Source: a virus. Taken from it: a stretch of 64,000 bases of DNA. Under the pieces are notes generated by a model. The model was given only the letters and a program-made list of their open reading frames with translations. It made no database searches and was not told where the DNA came from. The stretch covers positions 10,296-74,295 of IMG/VR virus record IMGVR_UViG_3300030419_005383; one strand, given 5' to 3'. This document shows positions 44,015 through 54,345 of this stretch, in pieces; position 1 is the stretch's first letter; each line of letters starts with the position of its first letter. The translations under genes and the position numbers were made by a program.

Positions 44015-44721
44015 CTGTACCTCGCACGAATCAAAAGTTCCCTTTGCTTCATGGTGAAAGTAAAGTCCGCACCAACAAAGTAGCTTGTGTTTTGATTCAT
44101 GTTGAGGTGGTCTTGCTCCACAATCTTAAGGCTCTGCTCTAAGTAGACGAGCTGCGCTTCAAGTTGAACAATATGACTCCCAGCTACTACTGGAATGGCT
44201 CCTACCAAATAAGCTGAATCACGAGCCCTTCTCGCTGAAGAAAACCCAGTTTCAGAAACAATCATTCCATCTACTGACAGGCGGAACCTGCAAAGAGTCG
44301 ATGTCGGGTCTCTCTTAAGGGTGACACTTGTCGATGAAGAGTCTGTTCCGGGGACCTGAAGCCAGTCAGGATCAGTTGCATCATATGACCACTTCCAACC
44401 GCCAGACCATTCAACCATCAACAACGCATCAGCCTCAACCTCTATTGTTCTTCTGCTGATATTTGTGTTGTCAACGTCCTCGTACTGCCAGTCTGTTGTA
44501 GATGAAACAAGCGCCGAAGAGTCAGTGCTCGAAGATGTAGACCAGAATTGATTACAGGCATTAACTGCCAGCATGTCTTTCTTAATGAAATTGGCTGGAA
44601 AATTATCACGGTCCAGATTCCCGTTGAATTCTTCGGCGAAATTCGTGTGATTCAGATTCCAATCATCTGGATCAATCACGTCACCAGATTCGAATGCTCT
44701 TTTCTGATACCGAAAAGCCAT
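44011..44721 (-). CDS. Tail-associated protein
   Basis: FESGDVIDPDDWN...NGNLDRDNF. Confidence 0.7.
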   Translation of the reverse strand: MAFRYQKRAFESGDVIDPDDWNLNHTNFAEEFNGNLDRDNFPANFIKKDMLAVNACNQFWSTSSSTDSSALVSSTTDWQYEDVDNTNISRRTIEVEADALLMVEWSGGWKWSYDATDPDWLQVPGTDSSSTSVTLKRDPTSTLCRFRLSVDGMIVSETGFSSARRARDSAYLVGAIPVVAGSHIVQLEAQLVYLEQSLKIVEQDHLNMNQNTSYFVGADFTFTMKQRELLIRARYR

Positions 44722-46868
44722 CAACGCCTCTCCGAGCCCAGCACAGTTGTCATGGGCAACATGTTTCGCTGTTCACCAACCTTAATCTCAAGATCAATCC
44801 CAATGATCTGAATCCTCTGAGACGCTGCGCTAATGTCAAGCTGAAGTTCGTGAACCGGTTGTTCATGCATGGCCGAGATGTCAAACCGAATAACAACGGG
44901 GCGATGGGTATTCCATGTATACGGGCCGTCCCAGGTCGCGGTGTCATAGTGAGACAACGCATCAAGCGGATAGACTTGGTCCAGCCCAATTGCATCAGTC
45001 AACGACGTTGAGTCCTGCCGGTTTACTGTAAAGTTGAGATTGATGTCGTTTTTCCCGTATCCAACCGCATAAATCATCGCATACGCAGGCTGAACAGCCC
45101 TATAAACAGCACCAAAATCGAAATGAGAAGTTCGGTATAGCGAGCTGATAGGTTTTGTTGACCCAATCGCGCCAGTATCGCCTCTACCTTTGGTTGTAAT
45201 CCCGCGAGTGTAAACATGCAGGCCTGGGTTGTTGGTAGTATCGTGGCTCCCAAAAATCAGATACCCGCGGTGGTCCTTTGTCTCCACCATGCAACTGATT
45301 GGGAAATTCTCCCTTACTGACCAAGCGCCAATCTCATAGTGGTAGATCAAAACCAAGTGATTCTTGACGCCGCCAGAACTTGGTACAGATAACCAATACT
45401 CTTTGTCCTGATGGTAAACAACGCCACACGCATTCATCATCGCTGACTTATTGATTTCTTTGATCTGATCAGGAATTGATGCACTAAGGTTCACGATCTT
45501 AGTCGCCGTCCCCGTGTTCTCCAGGGCCCCAGCAAGTACATATACGCCGGCATCTGATAGAAACATCAGACCAACACCTGGGACCTCTTTGATTGTGTTT
45601 GGGGCAGAACAACCAACGTCTCTGGTTAGAGTCTGGGCATAGAAACCATTCAACGGATCACCTTTGATCAGGTAAATCCCACGCGGCTTAAAAATCACAA
45701 GAGAATTCTTCGTTGGATAAATTCCAGTGATTGCGCCCATGTCTGAGTCGCCAACCTGAAACACGTTGTCTACTGGAAAAACCTCAGGTTGATTCGGGGC
45801 CGAAAACCGAACCTCGTTGTTAGCCATTCCGGCAACAAACATCGTGTTTTTGAACACTGCCAAATACTTTGACCCGGCAGGCCAAAACCCAAAATCGTTC
45901 GGATCCATCAACGAACCAAGCCCATAGTCTTGAAGACCGTCTTCATAGTAGGTCGTGATGTTGTCCTGAATCTCAGCCAAGAAATAATAATTCTCACCAT
46001 CTTGGGCTTCGATCAGGTCACCGTTCGAATCGGCAAGATTAAGCGTTCTGTAAATCCGGCGAGCAACCACTGACCGATCACCCCTTGGGACATGAACAGC
46101 AAGGAAGTGCCTATACTTGAGACCAGATTCTCTACAGATATTATCAAATCGAATCAGCGAGCTTGACGCCGAGGGCGGTGACTCCTGCCCTCTTTCATTT
46201 AAAAACGTAACTTTGTAACGATAAGCTGCTGGCGTTCTGTCACTGTACGACGGGTCAACGGTGCCATCTTCGTCTAATTCTGGAAGATCGTCTCTGTGAA
46301 TATCTGGACTGGCCGGACCAAGCCCCAGCTCTCTCACTGTTGTTTGACGGTCAATCAGACTCACTGACGGCGCAGAGGGAGGCGAGTCGAACCCAGCGCG
46401 ATGGGCTACCCTGCCGTCGAAAACAATCGGCTCATCAAAGCCGTTGACCATGTACAAGCGGCCACCAAAAGACTGCGACTGCGTCCGCTGCCATGAGCCA
46501 TTTAAATAAGTGCGAGCGGTGTAAGTGCTGGCATTAAACCGCGGGACATACGCTTCTGGGCTCGCTGGGGCACTGGCACCCTTGAAATATTTTAGCTCAC
46601 CATCAGCCGTTTCATAAATCAGCCACTGGCGCCCACCGTTGTGCTGAGCAAACCAGTGCAAGCTAGTAATTTCTGACTCACCAAAGTAAGCCGGCTGCGA
46701 ATACTCGACAAAAGGTGCCGTGACCAGAGGATGGTAGCCACCTGAGTCTTTCCATCCATCCCGCTGATCCCACGTCATGTCGCGAATTAGGCTCGCAGTT
46801 GCCGGAGAAGGCTTCCAGCGTTGGTCCATGCCCCTCAGTTTGGCGATTTGAAAAACTTGAGTTTTCAT
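44721..46868 (-). CDS. Tail nozzle / DNA stabilisation protein (P22 gp10/T7 gp12-like)
   Basis: 715 aa, propeller-like repeats (VRFS.P..PE.F, LVIFK..GIY, VGCSAPNTI); follows the adaptor gene. Confidence 0.8.
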   Translation of the reverse strand: MKTQVFQIAKLRGMDQRWKPSPATASLIRDMTWDQRDGWKDSGGYHPLVTAPFVEYSQPAYFGESEITSLHWFAQHNGGRQWLIYETADGELKYFKGASAPASPEAYVPRFNASTYTARTYLNGSWQRTQSQSFGGRLYMVNGFDEPIVFDGRVAHRAGFDSPPSAPSVSLIDRQTTVRELGLGPASPDIHRDDLPELDEDGTVDPSYSDRTPAAYRYKVTFLNERGQESPPSASSSLIRFDNICRESGLKYRHFLAVHVPRGDRSVVARRIYRTLNLADSNGDLIEAQDGENYYFLAEIQDNITTYYEDGLQDYGLGSLMDPNDFGFWPAGSKYLAVFKNTMFVAGMANNEVRFSAPNQPEVFPVDNVFQVGDSDMGAITGIYPTKNSLVIFKPRGIYLIKGDPLNGFYAQTLTRDVGCSAPNTIKEVPGVGLMFLSDAGVYVLAGALENTGTATKIVNLSASIPDQIKEINKSAMMNACGVVYHQDKEYWLSVPSSGGVKNHLVLIYHYEIGAWSVRENFPISCMVETKDHRGYLIFGSHDTTNNPGLHVYTRGITTKGRGDTGAIGSTKPISSLYRTSHFDFGAVYRAVQPAYAMIYAVGYGKNDINLNFTVNRQDSTSLTDAIGLDQVYPLDALSHYDTATWDGPYTWNTHRPVVIRFDISAMHEQPVHELQLDISAASQRIQIIGIDLEIKVGEQRNMLPMTTVLGSERR

Positions 46869-48175
46869 AGTTTAGACGGTGTTCCCCATCGCTCGAACTG
46901 GAGGATGTCTTTCATAAAAGAGCGCCGGATGTAGAGTCTATCAGGCGAAGACAACCAACGGGCCTTCATCTGCTCAAGTACGACCCCGGATCTGCGCTCA
47001 TAAAGCTGACCAAGCTGTGTCATCCCGTGCTGAAGACATATATCTTGCAGTGTGCGGTAAACCAGCAGGTGGTGGTACGGCGCAGGCCAAGATGGAACGT
47101 CAGCGTCATTAGAGAGCCTTCTGGGTTGCTGAAGGTAGCGCACGTCCATATTCATGTCTGAATTCGGCGTATACCAGATTCGGAAGTAATCCCTGGGGCC
47201 CTGCTCATACAACGTAGGAACGCGCTGTCTTTCTTTTTCGCCACTCGACGAGCTTGAGTATGTCCCATCCCAAGTAAAGGCAGTCGTTGACTCATCAAGG
47301 TCTCCGCTAATCTCTCGCCAAACACCTCCGCTCGTCTTCTTTCGTGCATAAATACGCTTAAGCCGCCCGGTCGAGTTTTCGGCTGGAGTGCCGCCATAAG
47401 TCGCCTGAGTGTTTTCTAAGTCGTAAATTTTAACGCTTCGGTCCACCCCTGTTCCTGTGGTATGGCTAACGACAAGTGATGGTGCTGACTCTCGACCCTT
47501 ATAAATAAAGGTGTAGCAGAATTCGTATTCTGTGTTTGTTTCGAGGCTTCCGCCTGCGGCCTCCGAAGCAGACGGCGCATCGTCCGGTGGCGGATCGATG
47601 TAGCTGTCCATACTGATGTAGACAATCCCGTCTCCGGTCTCGTCTCGGTCCAAGTGAAGGTTCTCTTCTCTGGCCCGGTCCACATAGACAAGGCGACCCC
47701 GGTCATCATCTCTGGACATGATTCCCAGGATTTCTGTGCAGTCTTTCGGGACTGGATACCTGCGGAACTCCAGCGACCAATCAGTCGAAGCACTGACCGC
47801 CCCAGAGAGAGTTGTGTCGATAATGACCTTGTCGCCGGTCACAACCTGTGTGATCTCTGCTTCGACGGTGCCAATCTTGAGTGTTTGGCCTTCCCAATCA
47901 CTTTCTGCCGTTGGGGCTGATACTCCGCCAAAACTAACAGTACGAAGGCCAGCAACTGTTGAGTCGGTAACCGTGATGGTCTTACCTGAACCGCCTTCAA
48001 TCTTGGCCTTCAGCGTAATCTCATGCGTCTTTTGCAGGAAGCTCCACTGGTACTGACTTGAGATCTGGAGGTAATGACGATTCAACACGCGGGCCACAAT
48101 GTCCCGGTACTGAGCCAGGTCTGGATTGTAATCCAGCGCGGCATTGACTTCCTGGCGTAGTTCTTTCAGATTCAC
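46865..48175 (-). CDS. Head-tail adaptor (tail tubular A-like) with inserted beta domains
   Basis: GTG 48175 after GGAGG; MNLKELRQEV...QWSFL...; C-terminal LSNDADVPSWPAPYHHLLVY. Confidence 0.75.
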   Translation of the reverse strand: MNLKELRQEVNAALDYNPDLAQYRDIVARVLNRHYLQISSQYQWSFLQKTHEITLKAKIEGGSGKTITVTDSTVAGLRTVSFGGVSAPTAESDWEGQTLKIGTVEAEITQVVTGDKVIIDTTLSGAVSASTDWSLEFRRYPVPKDCTEILGIMSRDDDRGRLVYVDRAREENLHLDRDETGDGIVYISMDSYIDPPPDDAPSASEAAGGSLETNTEYEFCYTFIYKGRESAPSLVVSHTTGTGVDRSVKIYDLENTQATYGGTPAENSTGRLKRIYARKKTSGGVWREISGDLDESTTAFTWDGTYSSSSSGEKERQRVPTLYEQGPRDYFRIWYTPNSDMNMDVRYLQQPRRLSNDADVPSWPAPYHHLLVYRTLQDICLQHGMTQLGQLYERRSGVVLEQMKARWLSSPDRLYIRRSFMKDILQFERWGTPSKL

Positions 48176-48188
48176 GGACCTTTCCTCC

Positions 48189-48231
48189 AATAGAAAACCG
48201 GCGACCGAGCACATTGTACCCCGGTCGCCGG
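48189..48231 (-). terminator. Rho-independent terminator after capsid genes
   Basis: CCGGCGACCG/CGGTCGCCGG stem followed by TTTTCTATT on the - strand. Confidence 0.8.
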
Positions 48232-48262
48232 CATTGGGCGCAGGGCCCGAGAACGGAAAGGC

Positions 48263-48733
48263 TTAGTTGGTGAACCAGCCCTTGTCGTACATCATGAACT
48301 TACCGTCCGAATCACCGCTGCTATACGCATCAATGCAAACGCCAAGGACCTCAGTTGTTGTCGAATCCGTATCATAAATACGAATTTGACCAGAGGTAGA
48401 CGCCGACACCCGGTCACCCGCAGAAATCGCTTCAGCGGCCGTTGGGCTGGTTGCGTTAACGCCATCAATCAACCCACCGGTTTGAATAATGACCTTTTCT
48501 TTATCCGAAGCGGCATGCAGAGCAACGCCGCAAGCCAATGGACTACTGGTGGCGTCGCATGCCTTAACGATCTGGCCTGCATAACCATAGTTATCAGGAT
48601 CCGGGTCAGCAGCCGCATCGGTCTCCAGAATAACCACCTGGCCCTTCGTGATTGTTCCATTAGCCAGCGCTGTATACGTGTTTTTTGGGTTGTGTGCAGT
48701 TCCATCAACCCCATCAATCTTCAAGATACCCAT
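48263..48733 (-). CDS. Capsid decoration/cement protein
   Basis: Directly after the major capsid gene; ITKGQVV..GVALHA..IQTGG..ISAGDRV. Confidence 0.75.
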   Translation of the reverse strand: MGILKIDGVDGTAHNPKNTYTALANGTITKGQVVILETDAAADPDPDNYGYAGQIVKACDATSSPLACGVALHAASDKEKVIIQTGGLIDGVNATSPTAAEAISAGDRVSASTSGQIRIYDTDSTTTEVLGVCIDAYSSGDSDGKFMMYDKGWFTN

Positions 48734-48759
48734 TTTGTTTTCCCCAAAAAGAAGTTAGT

Positions 48760-49806
48760 TTAGAAGGTTTCGAGGTCGATAGCCAAGCCGCTGGAACCGA
48801 GATGCTTAGCGAGAAGCTGACCGCGGCAACGGATTTTGGCGGAACGAACATCGTACTCACCGGACACGGTTTCAAACTCACCCAGATCGAAGAAACCCTT
48901 CGGATCCCAGAGGACGTGAATGTCGCTCATGTTCAGGAAGTAGAAGCTGGCGGGGTCGGTAGTGGACTGCGAGCCGTCATCAGGCATGTTGCGCTCGACA
49001 TCGATCATCACGCCATCCCAGAACTCAACCATGCGGCCACCATCGATCTTGTCGGTATCCACGTACCGCTCGTTGGCTTGGAGAGAACGCTTCAGGTTCT
49101 TGAAGCCTTCACGCGATGCCAAGATGACATCCGGGGGGCCAGATGGCGACACGCTGTTGATTTCGACTTTCAGGTCGTACAGTCCAGCGAGACCATTCGC
49201 GTTGAAGCTACCGGAACCATCATAAAACTGGTTCTGCCAACCGACCTTGGACGAATACGTGCCCTTGTCTACGCCACCAACTGAGTTGGTTTGTGTAGTA
49301 GGCGCTGCCGCTTCAAGAAAACCAGCAACAGCAGTGTCGATACCGTTGAGGCTTCCCCAGTCTTCCCAGCCAGTCTGACCGCCTTTCACGATCTGCTTGA
49401 CGAATTCACGCTTGAGGGCGTTCGCGGTCATCTTGACCCGGCCTTCAAGAATGGACAGAACCGCAGCATCACCCTGGTTCACGAACTCTTCTTCTGAAGA
49501 GATTGCAACGGGACGCACGACGTGTGCCCATTGGTACACAGCAGGCTGGTACACATCCGAGACGCTCAGGTCGATGCGCTCGAAACCGGTCTGCATGCGG
49601 GTGGTGCTGCTGTGCTCACCGAAACCCAATGGCACGACAATACGGGTTCCACCAGACTGGCTGGGGGATCCTGCACCATGCACGCGCTCTTGAGCGTCGA
49701 GGAATGCAACTGATTCATGAACTGCGTCACGCCATTCCTTCATCAGGACATACATGGTCGTGGAAAGCAGTTCGTTTCCAATGGTAAGAGAGGTAGTAGT
49801 GGCCAT
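48760..49806 (-). CDS. Major capsid protein
   Basis: 348 aa after the scaffold; GGTRIVVPL, WQNQ; followed by decoration gene and terminator. Confidence 0.85.
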   Translation of the reverse strand: MATTTSLTIGNELLSTTMYVLMKEWRDAVHESVAFLDAQERVHGAGSPSQSGGTRIVVPLGFGEHSSTTRMQTGFERIDLSVSDVYQPAVYQWAHVVRPVAISSEEEFVNQGDAAVLSILEGRVKMTANALKREFVKQIVKGGQTGWEDWGSLNGIDTAVAGFLEAAAPTTQTNSVGGVDKGTYSSKVGWQNQFYDGSGSFNANGLAGLYDLKVEINSVSPSGPPDVILASREGFKNLKRSLQANERYVDTDKIDGGRMVEFWDGVMIDVERNMPDDGSQSTTDPASFYFLNMSDIHVLWDPKGFFDLGEFETVSGEYDVRSAKIRCRGQLLAKHLGSSGLAIDLETF

Positions 49807-49827
49807 CGTGGGCTCCTATAGGGGGTC

Positions 49828-50838
49828 TCAGTGTCGGAATTCGCTGCTAATTTTGCGCGCAGCCTCTGGATTGTTTTCTAACCACAGTCGTATGGCGTTC
49901 GCACCTTTACGTTTCACATCAGCAGGAACACCCTCAATACCGGGAGAACCACTGGCCGAGGTTCGGCTCACTCTGCGCGCCGCATTGGCACGCGCTCTTT
50001 GCTCTTGCGCTTGACGTGCTTGCCGTTCAGCAAGAACCTGTTGCGCCTTTACAAGCTGGTACGCATCCTGCGTATCAATGGCTTGGCCAGCCTCTTGGCG
50101 CCCACGGACAAGTTTAAGGACTTCGTTCTTAAACGTCGGGTCACGCATCTCAGGATGCTTGTCAACAAAGTCCAAGTAGGCGCTTTGTTTAATCTTCCGG
50201 TCAGCCGCCTGGTGGAGTGGCTCCAATACACGACTCATCCCCTGAGCGACCCCACGATCAATGCGGGCCTGAATTCCCTCCGGGGAAAGTGGATCAGGAA
50301 GCTCTTCCTCTGGTACTGAAAGCGTCTCTCTTACCTTCGGATCGTCAATCAGCGCATAGAACTCTGCCTGGCGGCGGGCAAAGTCTCGCTCCATCTGCTC
50401 CAACTTCTGTTGGCGCTGAGCACTTTCCGCTTCCTTAGATGCAATCACCTCTTGCAGTTTCGCGTTGTTCTTTTCGTATGCAACACGGAAGTTGTGCAAC
50501 ATGCGGCGAGCAACGGGTGGAAGATCCTTGATGTGCTCTGGATTCAGGTCGTCGTAGAACCCGTCATGCTCCATCTCTTCGACTTCAGGCAACTCCGAGG
50601 TCAAAGGGTCAAAGCTTACGGGCTCAAAATTGTCGCTCGACACAGGCTCAGACGCAGGCTCAGACGCAGGCTCCGCATCTGCTGAAGCAGCAGTAGCGTC
50701 AACGGTATCAACAGGCGCAGCCTCTACTGCTTCAATTGGCTCTGGCTCAATTGAGTCAACAGAAGAAGCAAGTTCATCCGTAGAGACTGACGCCTCTGCG
50801 GACATGGTTTCATTTACATCGGTGTCTTCGTTAATCAC
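49828..50838 (-). CDS. Capsid scaffolding protein
   Basis: Acidic N-terminus and coiled coil; directly upstream of the capsid gene. Confidence 0.75.
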   Translation of the reverse strand: MINEDTDVNETMSAEASVSTDELASSVDSIEPEPIEAVEAAPVDTVDATAASADAEPASEPASEPVSSDNFEPVSFDPLTSELPEVEEMEHDGFYDDLNPEHIKDLPPVARRMLHNFRVAYEKNNAKLQEVIASKEAESAQRQQKLEQMERDFARRQAEFYALIDDPKVRETLSVPEEELPDPLSPEGIQARIDRGVAQGMSRVLEPLHQAADRKIKQSAYLDFVDKHPEMRDPTFKNEVLKLVRGRQEAGQAIDTQDAYQLVKAQQVLAERQARQAQEQRARANAARRVSRTSASGSPGIEGVPADVKRKGANAIRLWLENNPEAARKISSEFRH

Positions 50839-50902
50839 TGTGTACCCTCATTTCCGTTAATACGAGAATAAAACTTACCACTAAGTACCAACGCTACGCA
50901 AG

Positions 50903-51496
50903 CTATGCAAGCCCCGCTGCGAGTTCTTCGTCTTCAGGAGACATGGCCCCCATTTCAGGCGGAGGGCCAAGCTCACCAGCCGGCGCTTCGGCTGGAGCCT
51001 GCATTGCCTCAATGAGCTTTTTGTCTTTTCTCATCCGAACAAGTTGCGCACTGGTTTTTCTAAGCTCAACGTCGCTAACCATTTGGAGAGGTTCAAAGTC
51101 ATACTTTTCAGCAAACTCACCTTCTCCAACCATCTTAAGGGCCTCAGAGATTGCAACGAGAGGAACAAACAGTGCAGGCGGAATTGGTTCCATCCACTTC
51201 TTTTCAGTACCAAAATCAACCTCAACAGGAGGAAGCTCACCACCACCAAAAACATCAAGCGTTTCGTTGAATTCTTTTTGCAGCGTCTGGAGCGCCTTTA
51301 CTGAATATGGCTTTTCCGGCACTGGGGCTTGAGCCGCGATATCAGAAACCCGAGCCATCGCATCGTCTTGTACCCCTTCAGGAGGCATTGGTGGTGCGGC
51401 ACCTGGCCCACCGGGGGGCATCGGGGGCGCGTCTGGGGCGGCTCCAGGTTCTCCAGCGTATGGAAGGCGTTGTCCGGTTGCGGGGTCGGTGGGCAT
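50903..51496 (-). CDS. Pro-rich hypothetical head-region protein
   Basis: 197 aa; AGGAG SD. Confidence 0.7.
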   Translation of the reverse strand: MPTDPATGQRLPYAGEPGAAPDAPPMPPGGPGAAPPMPPEGVQDDAMARVSDIAAQAPVPEKPYSVKALQTLQKEFNETLDVFGGGELPPVEVDFGTEKKWMEPIPPALFVPLVAISEALKMVGEGEFAEKYDFEPLQMVSDVELRKTSAQLVRMRKDKKLIEAMQAPAEAPAGELGPPPEMGAMSPEDEELAAGLA

Positions 51497-51514
51497 GATG
51501 TCTCCTAAAGGTGC

Positions 51515-52126
51515 TCAGAGAATACCAAGATCTCGTTTGCGGCGAAACTCTTTAAAACCAGGATGTGTATCAAGACGTTCGCAATAATCTGCGTACTCTT
51601 TCTCTTCCTTCTTGTTTTGCGTATCCCATTTAGAATACTCTCGCTCAATGTCCCAGTCACCGTCAACGGGCGTCAATCCACGAGCACGGCAGATGTCTCG
51701 GCGGTGCTGTTTTGATTGAAGCATCACGCCGAGGCCCCGGTCATAGTACGGAAAACGCTCACTGAACCGGTCGATGTTGACTGTGACGGGTCGAACCTCA
51801 GCAGAGGCTCCACAATTGGTGCAAGCAATTGACTTGGGAACTTCGCCGTCAACCAAGTCAATGTCCTCAATGTCTTCATGGCCACAATCACTGCACCGAA
51901 TGTCACGCCAGGCATAATTTTTCTCAGCCTGGCGCCGGTTGGACTCGTCAATCCTGAGTTTTTCACCATGACGGGTAACAGTCAAAGACTGACTCATTCC
52001 CACAGACGGTCGATATTTAGATTTCTGACAGCAGGTGTCGCACTCGACACTTTCCGGTCTGGAAGATGCAGAAAAGAACTTTTCAGTCTCATGTCCGTCT
52101 ACACAAAAAAAACCATACAAAGGCAC
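51515..52126 (-). CDS. Tandem FmdB-like zinc-ribbon protein
   Basis: MPLYGFFCVDGH...CDTC and CSDC...CTNC; YYDRGLG...SKQHRR. Confidence 0.75.
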   Translation of the reverse strand: MPLYGFFCVDGHETEKFFSASSRPESVECDTCCQKSKYRPSVGMSQSLTVTRHGEKLRIDESNRRQAEKNYAWRDIRCSDCGHEDIEDIDLVDGEVPKSIACTNCGASAEVRPVTVNIDRFSERFPYYDRGLGVMLQSKQHRRDICRARGLTPVDGDWDIEREYSKWDTQNKKEEKEYADYCERLDTHPGFKEFRRKRDLGIL

Positions 52127-52128
52127 TT

Positions 52129-54336
52129 TTACATTCCTGGCATCTGAGGTGATCCGCCTACAGCATTAGCCAACATCTGTGCTTGCTGATCGGGCGGTAG
52201 TTGAGCCAACTGGTCCAATGTTGCCAACATTTCAGGGTCGTTCGCAAAGACCTCACGCAACATTGGAATCGCTTGCTCTGGTGGAAGTGTAGCAATCTGT
52301 GCGAGGTCAGGTGGCGCTCCAGGCACTCCAGGCGCTCCAGGTGGAGGAGCCTCTGGCTGCATTTCTTCCGGCCCAGCTTCAGGTTGTTCCTGCTTTGCTT
52401 CAGCTTCCGCCTTCTCCATTTCTTCTTTACCGCGAGTTTCCAGCTCTTCTGGGTGTAGATCCTGCGGAAGATCAAAACGCTCAGCAACAACTTTCATATA
52501 CGATTTAGCAAAGGCGCCCATAGGGCCACCCTCTTGAGCCGCCTGCCATAGTGCTGTCAACGGTTGCAGTAAAGCCACCAAATTCTGTTGCATCGCGGCA
52601 TCATTCAACGGGGTTCTGCCACCCTCAACAAAGTTGACCTCAAACTCAGCATCAAGGTCCATTACCGCAACCGCAATCATTTCTCGACGATCCATCAGCT
52701 TTAGAACCGACTGCTCAACAGCCACGCTACCGTCTTCCAGCTCAGACTTCCCAAGTTCAGGAACCTGGCCACCGTCGAGGTAAGACGAAGGTCCTCCAAA
52801 AATCTTATCTGCTTCTGAGTGCTTGACCTGAGATTCTGTCTCCTCATCAATCTCTTCAGAGTCAGAGGACTTTTCATCCCCGTCTGGGATCGCGCCAACT
52901 TCTGCGTACTCTACAGCCTGGTCTTCATAGGCCCCGGTGCTGTCGCCAGCGTCTTGCATGGCCCCAATCAGAGCCCTAAGCATGAGTTTGACCACTTGTG
53001 CCAGCCATTCGTCCCTGATGGAGGCGTGTAGACCGTACTCAGATTCCGTGTACTGCTGAACCGTTTGGACCTCAAAGGCCGTTGCCTTGGTCACCTGGCC
53101 TCGTGCCGCCGGGCTGGTTCCAATAGCCAATTGCAGATCGCGCTCGACCTGGCTCAGGTAACGATCAATGTTTGCCGAAATCGGGGAATTCTGGATTGGA
53201 ATAATCGCATCGCCAAGCGGGCGCTCGAATCCCTGCTCTACCTCAAGGACCAGCCCATCATGACCTTCCGTTAGGTTGGTCAACTCATCGCTTGAAAACG
53301 TGCCCTTACGAGTAATGTACTGACGGGTATCTTTACGCGTCGCCATCGCCATAAACGACCGATAGCCATTCAGCTCTCGCAGTTGAGGCATCATGCGCCG
53401 AGCATGCGCAATCCCGCGAAGCGGAAATTCAGGCTCATGATTAAAGATCAGCGGAACCACATGCGCCATCGGTTGACCAGACGGTGTCGCAAACGGAAGC
53501 GGACCAATCCATACGGGCGTCTTGGACAATTCGCCTTGGCCCAAAATATAGATTTCCAGCCTGCCGTTGTAGATGATGTCGGGATTCTGTTCGTCCCGCA
53601 CTTGATCCTCCAGATTACAAAGCTCCAAAACCCGCACAAAGGCCTGATTATCTGACGGTGCCTGATTGGTCTTTTTGGTCGTTTTTGAGTCAAGTTGGGA
53701 CTTTTGAGCCAGAAAATCAACCCTTGCCGTCCCCGCTAAGCCTTCAAGACCGTATTCCTGCTCAACCTCATGGATCGGCCTGTAATACAGGTGTCCACGA
53801 TATCGCTCGTCTTCCACATCCCGCACGTCGCGGTCCAACATGATTTCCCACCAGGGAATGACGCGCATCCAAACCCGGTCCATCGGATTGCCGTGACCAG
53901 GGTCATACCCAATCTTGATGCCGGAGCCTGGATACAGCAACGACTGACGCAACGCTGAAACAACACGCTGATGAATGCGGCGCATAGACAAACAACGGTT
54001 GACCGCCAGCTCTGCTTTTGGAGCATCACCCTGACCCATCACATCTTGGCTAAGCACCGCGCGAGCGGCCCGCGGATACAGCGCCGACAAGTAAGACGAG
54101 ATGACACCCCACAGCCGGTTGACCTCAACGTCAATGTCGGTCATCTGGGCCATGCTTCCGCTACTACTTGGCGGAAGCGTGCCTGTGCGAACATGATCCC
54201 AATACTTGGTCATGTACGCAGCTTTGGCCAAAGCCCAATGCTGGCGGTTCTCCCGCATGTATTTGTCATGAACTTTGACGTGTTCATGGACCTGTTTGTG
54301 TGTCAACATGTCGGACTTGGATTCGTATTCAGACAT
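52129..54336 (-). CDS. Portal protein
   Basis: 735 aa after the terminase; TKATAFEV motif; Pro/Gln-rich tail. Confidence 0.85.
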   Translation of the reverse strand: MSEYESKSDMLTHKQVHEHVKVHDKYMRENRQHWALAKAAYMTKYWDHVRTGTLPPSSSGSMAQMTDIDVEVNRLWGVISSYLSALYPRAARAVLSQDVMGQGDAPKAELAVNRCLSMRRIHQRVVSALRQSLLYPGSGIKIGYDPGHGNPMDRVWMRVIPWWEIMLDRDVRDVEDERYRGHLYYRPIHEVEQEYGLEGLAGTARVDFLAQKSQLDSKTTKKTNQAPSDNQAFVRVLELCNLEDQVRDEQNPDIIYNGRLEIYILGQGELSKTPVWIGPLPFATPSGQPMAHVVPLIFNHEPEFPLRGIAHARRMMPQLRELNGYRSFMAMATRKDTRQYITRKGTFSSDELTNLTEGHDGLVLEVEQGFERPLGDAIIPIQNSPISANIDRYLSQVERDLQLAIGTSPAARGQVTKATAFEVQTVQQYTESEYGLHASIRDEWLAQVVKLMLRALIGAMQDAGDSTGAYEDQAVEYAEVGAIPDGDEKSSDSEEIDEETESQVKHSEADKIFGGPSSYLDGGQVPELGKSELEDGSVAVEQSVLKLMDRREMIAVAVMDLDAEFEVNFVEGGRTPLNDAAMQQNLVALLQPLTALWQAAQEGGPMGAFAKSYMKVVAERFDLPQDLHPEELETRGKEEMEKAEAEAKQEQPEAGPEEMQPEAPPPGAPGVPGAPPDLAQIATLPPEQAIPMLREVFANDPEMLATLDQLAQLPPDQQAQMLANAVGGSPQMPGM

Positions 54337-54345
54337 ATCTACTCA

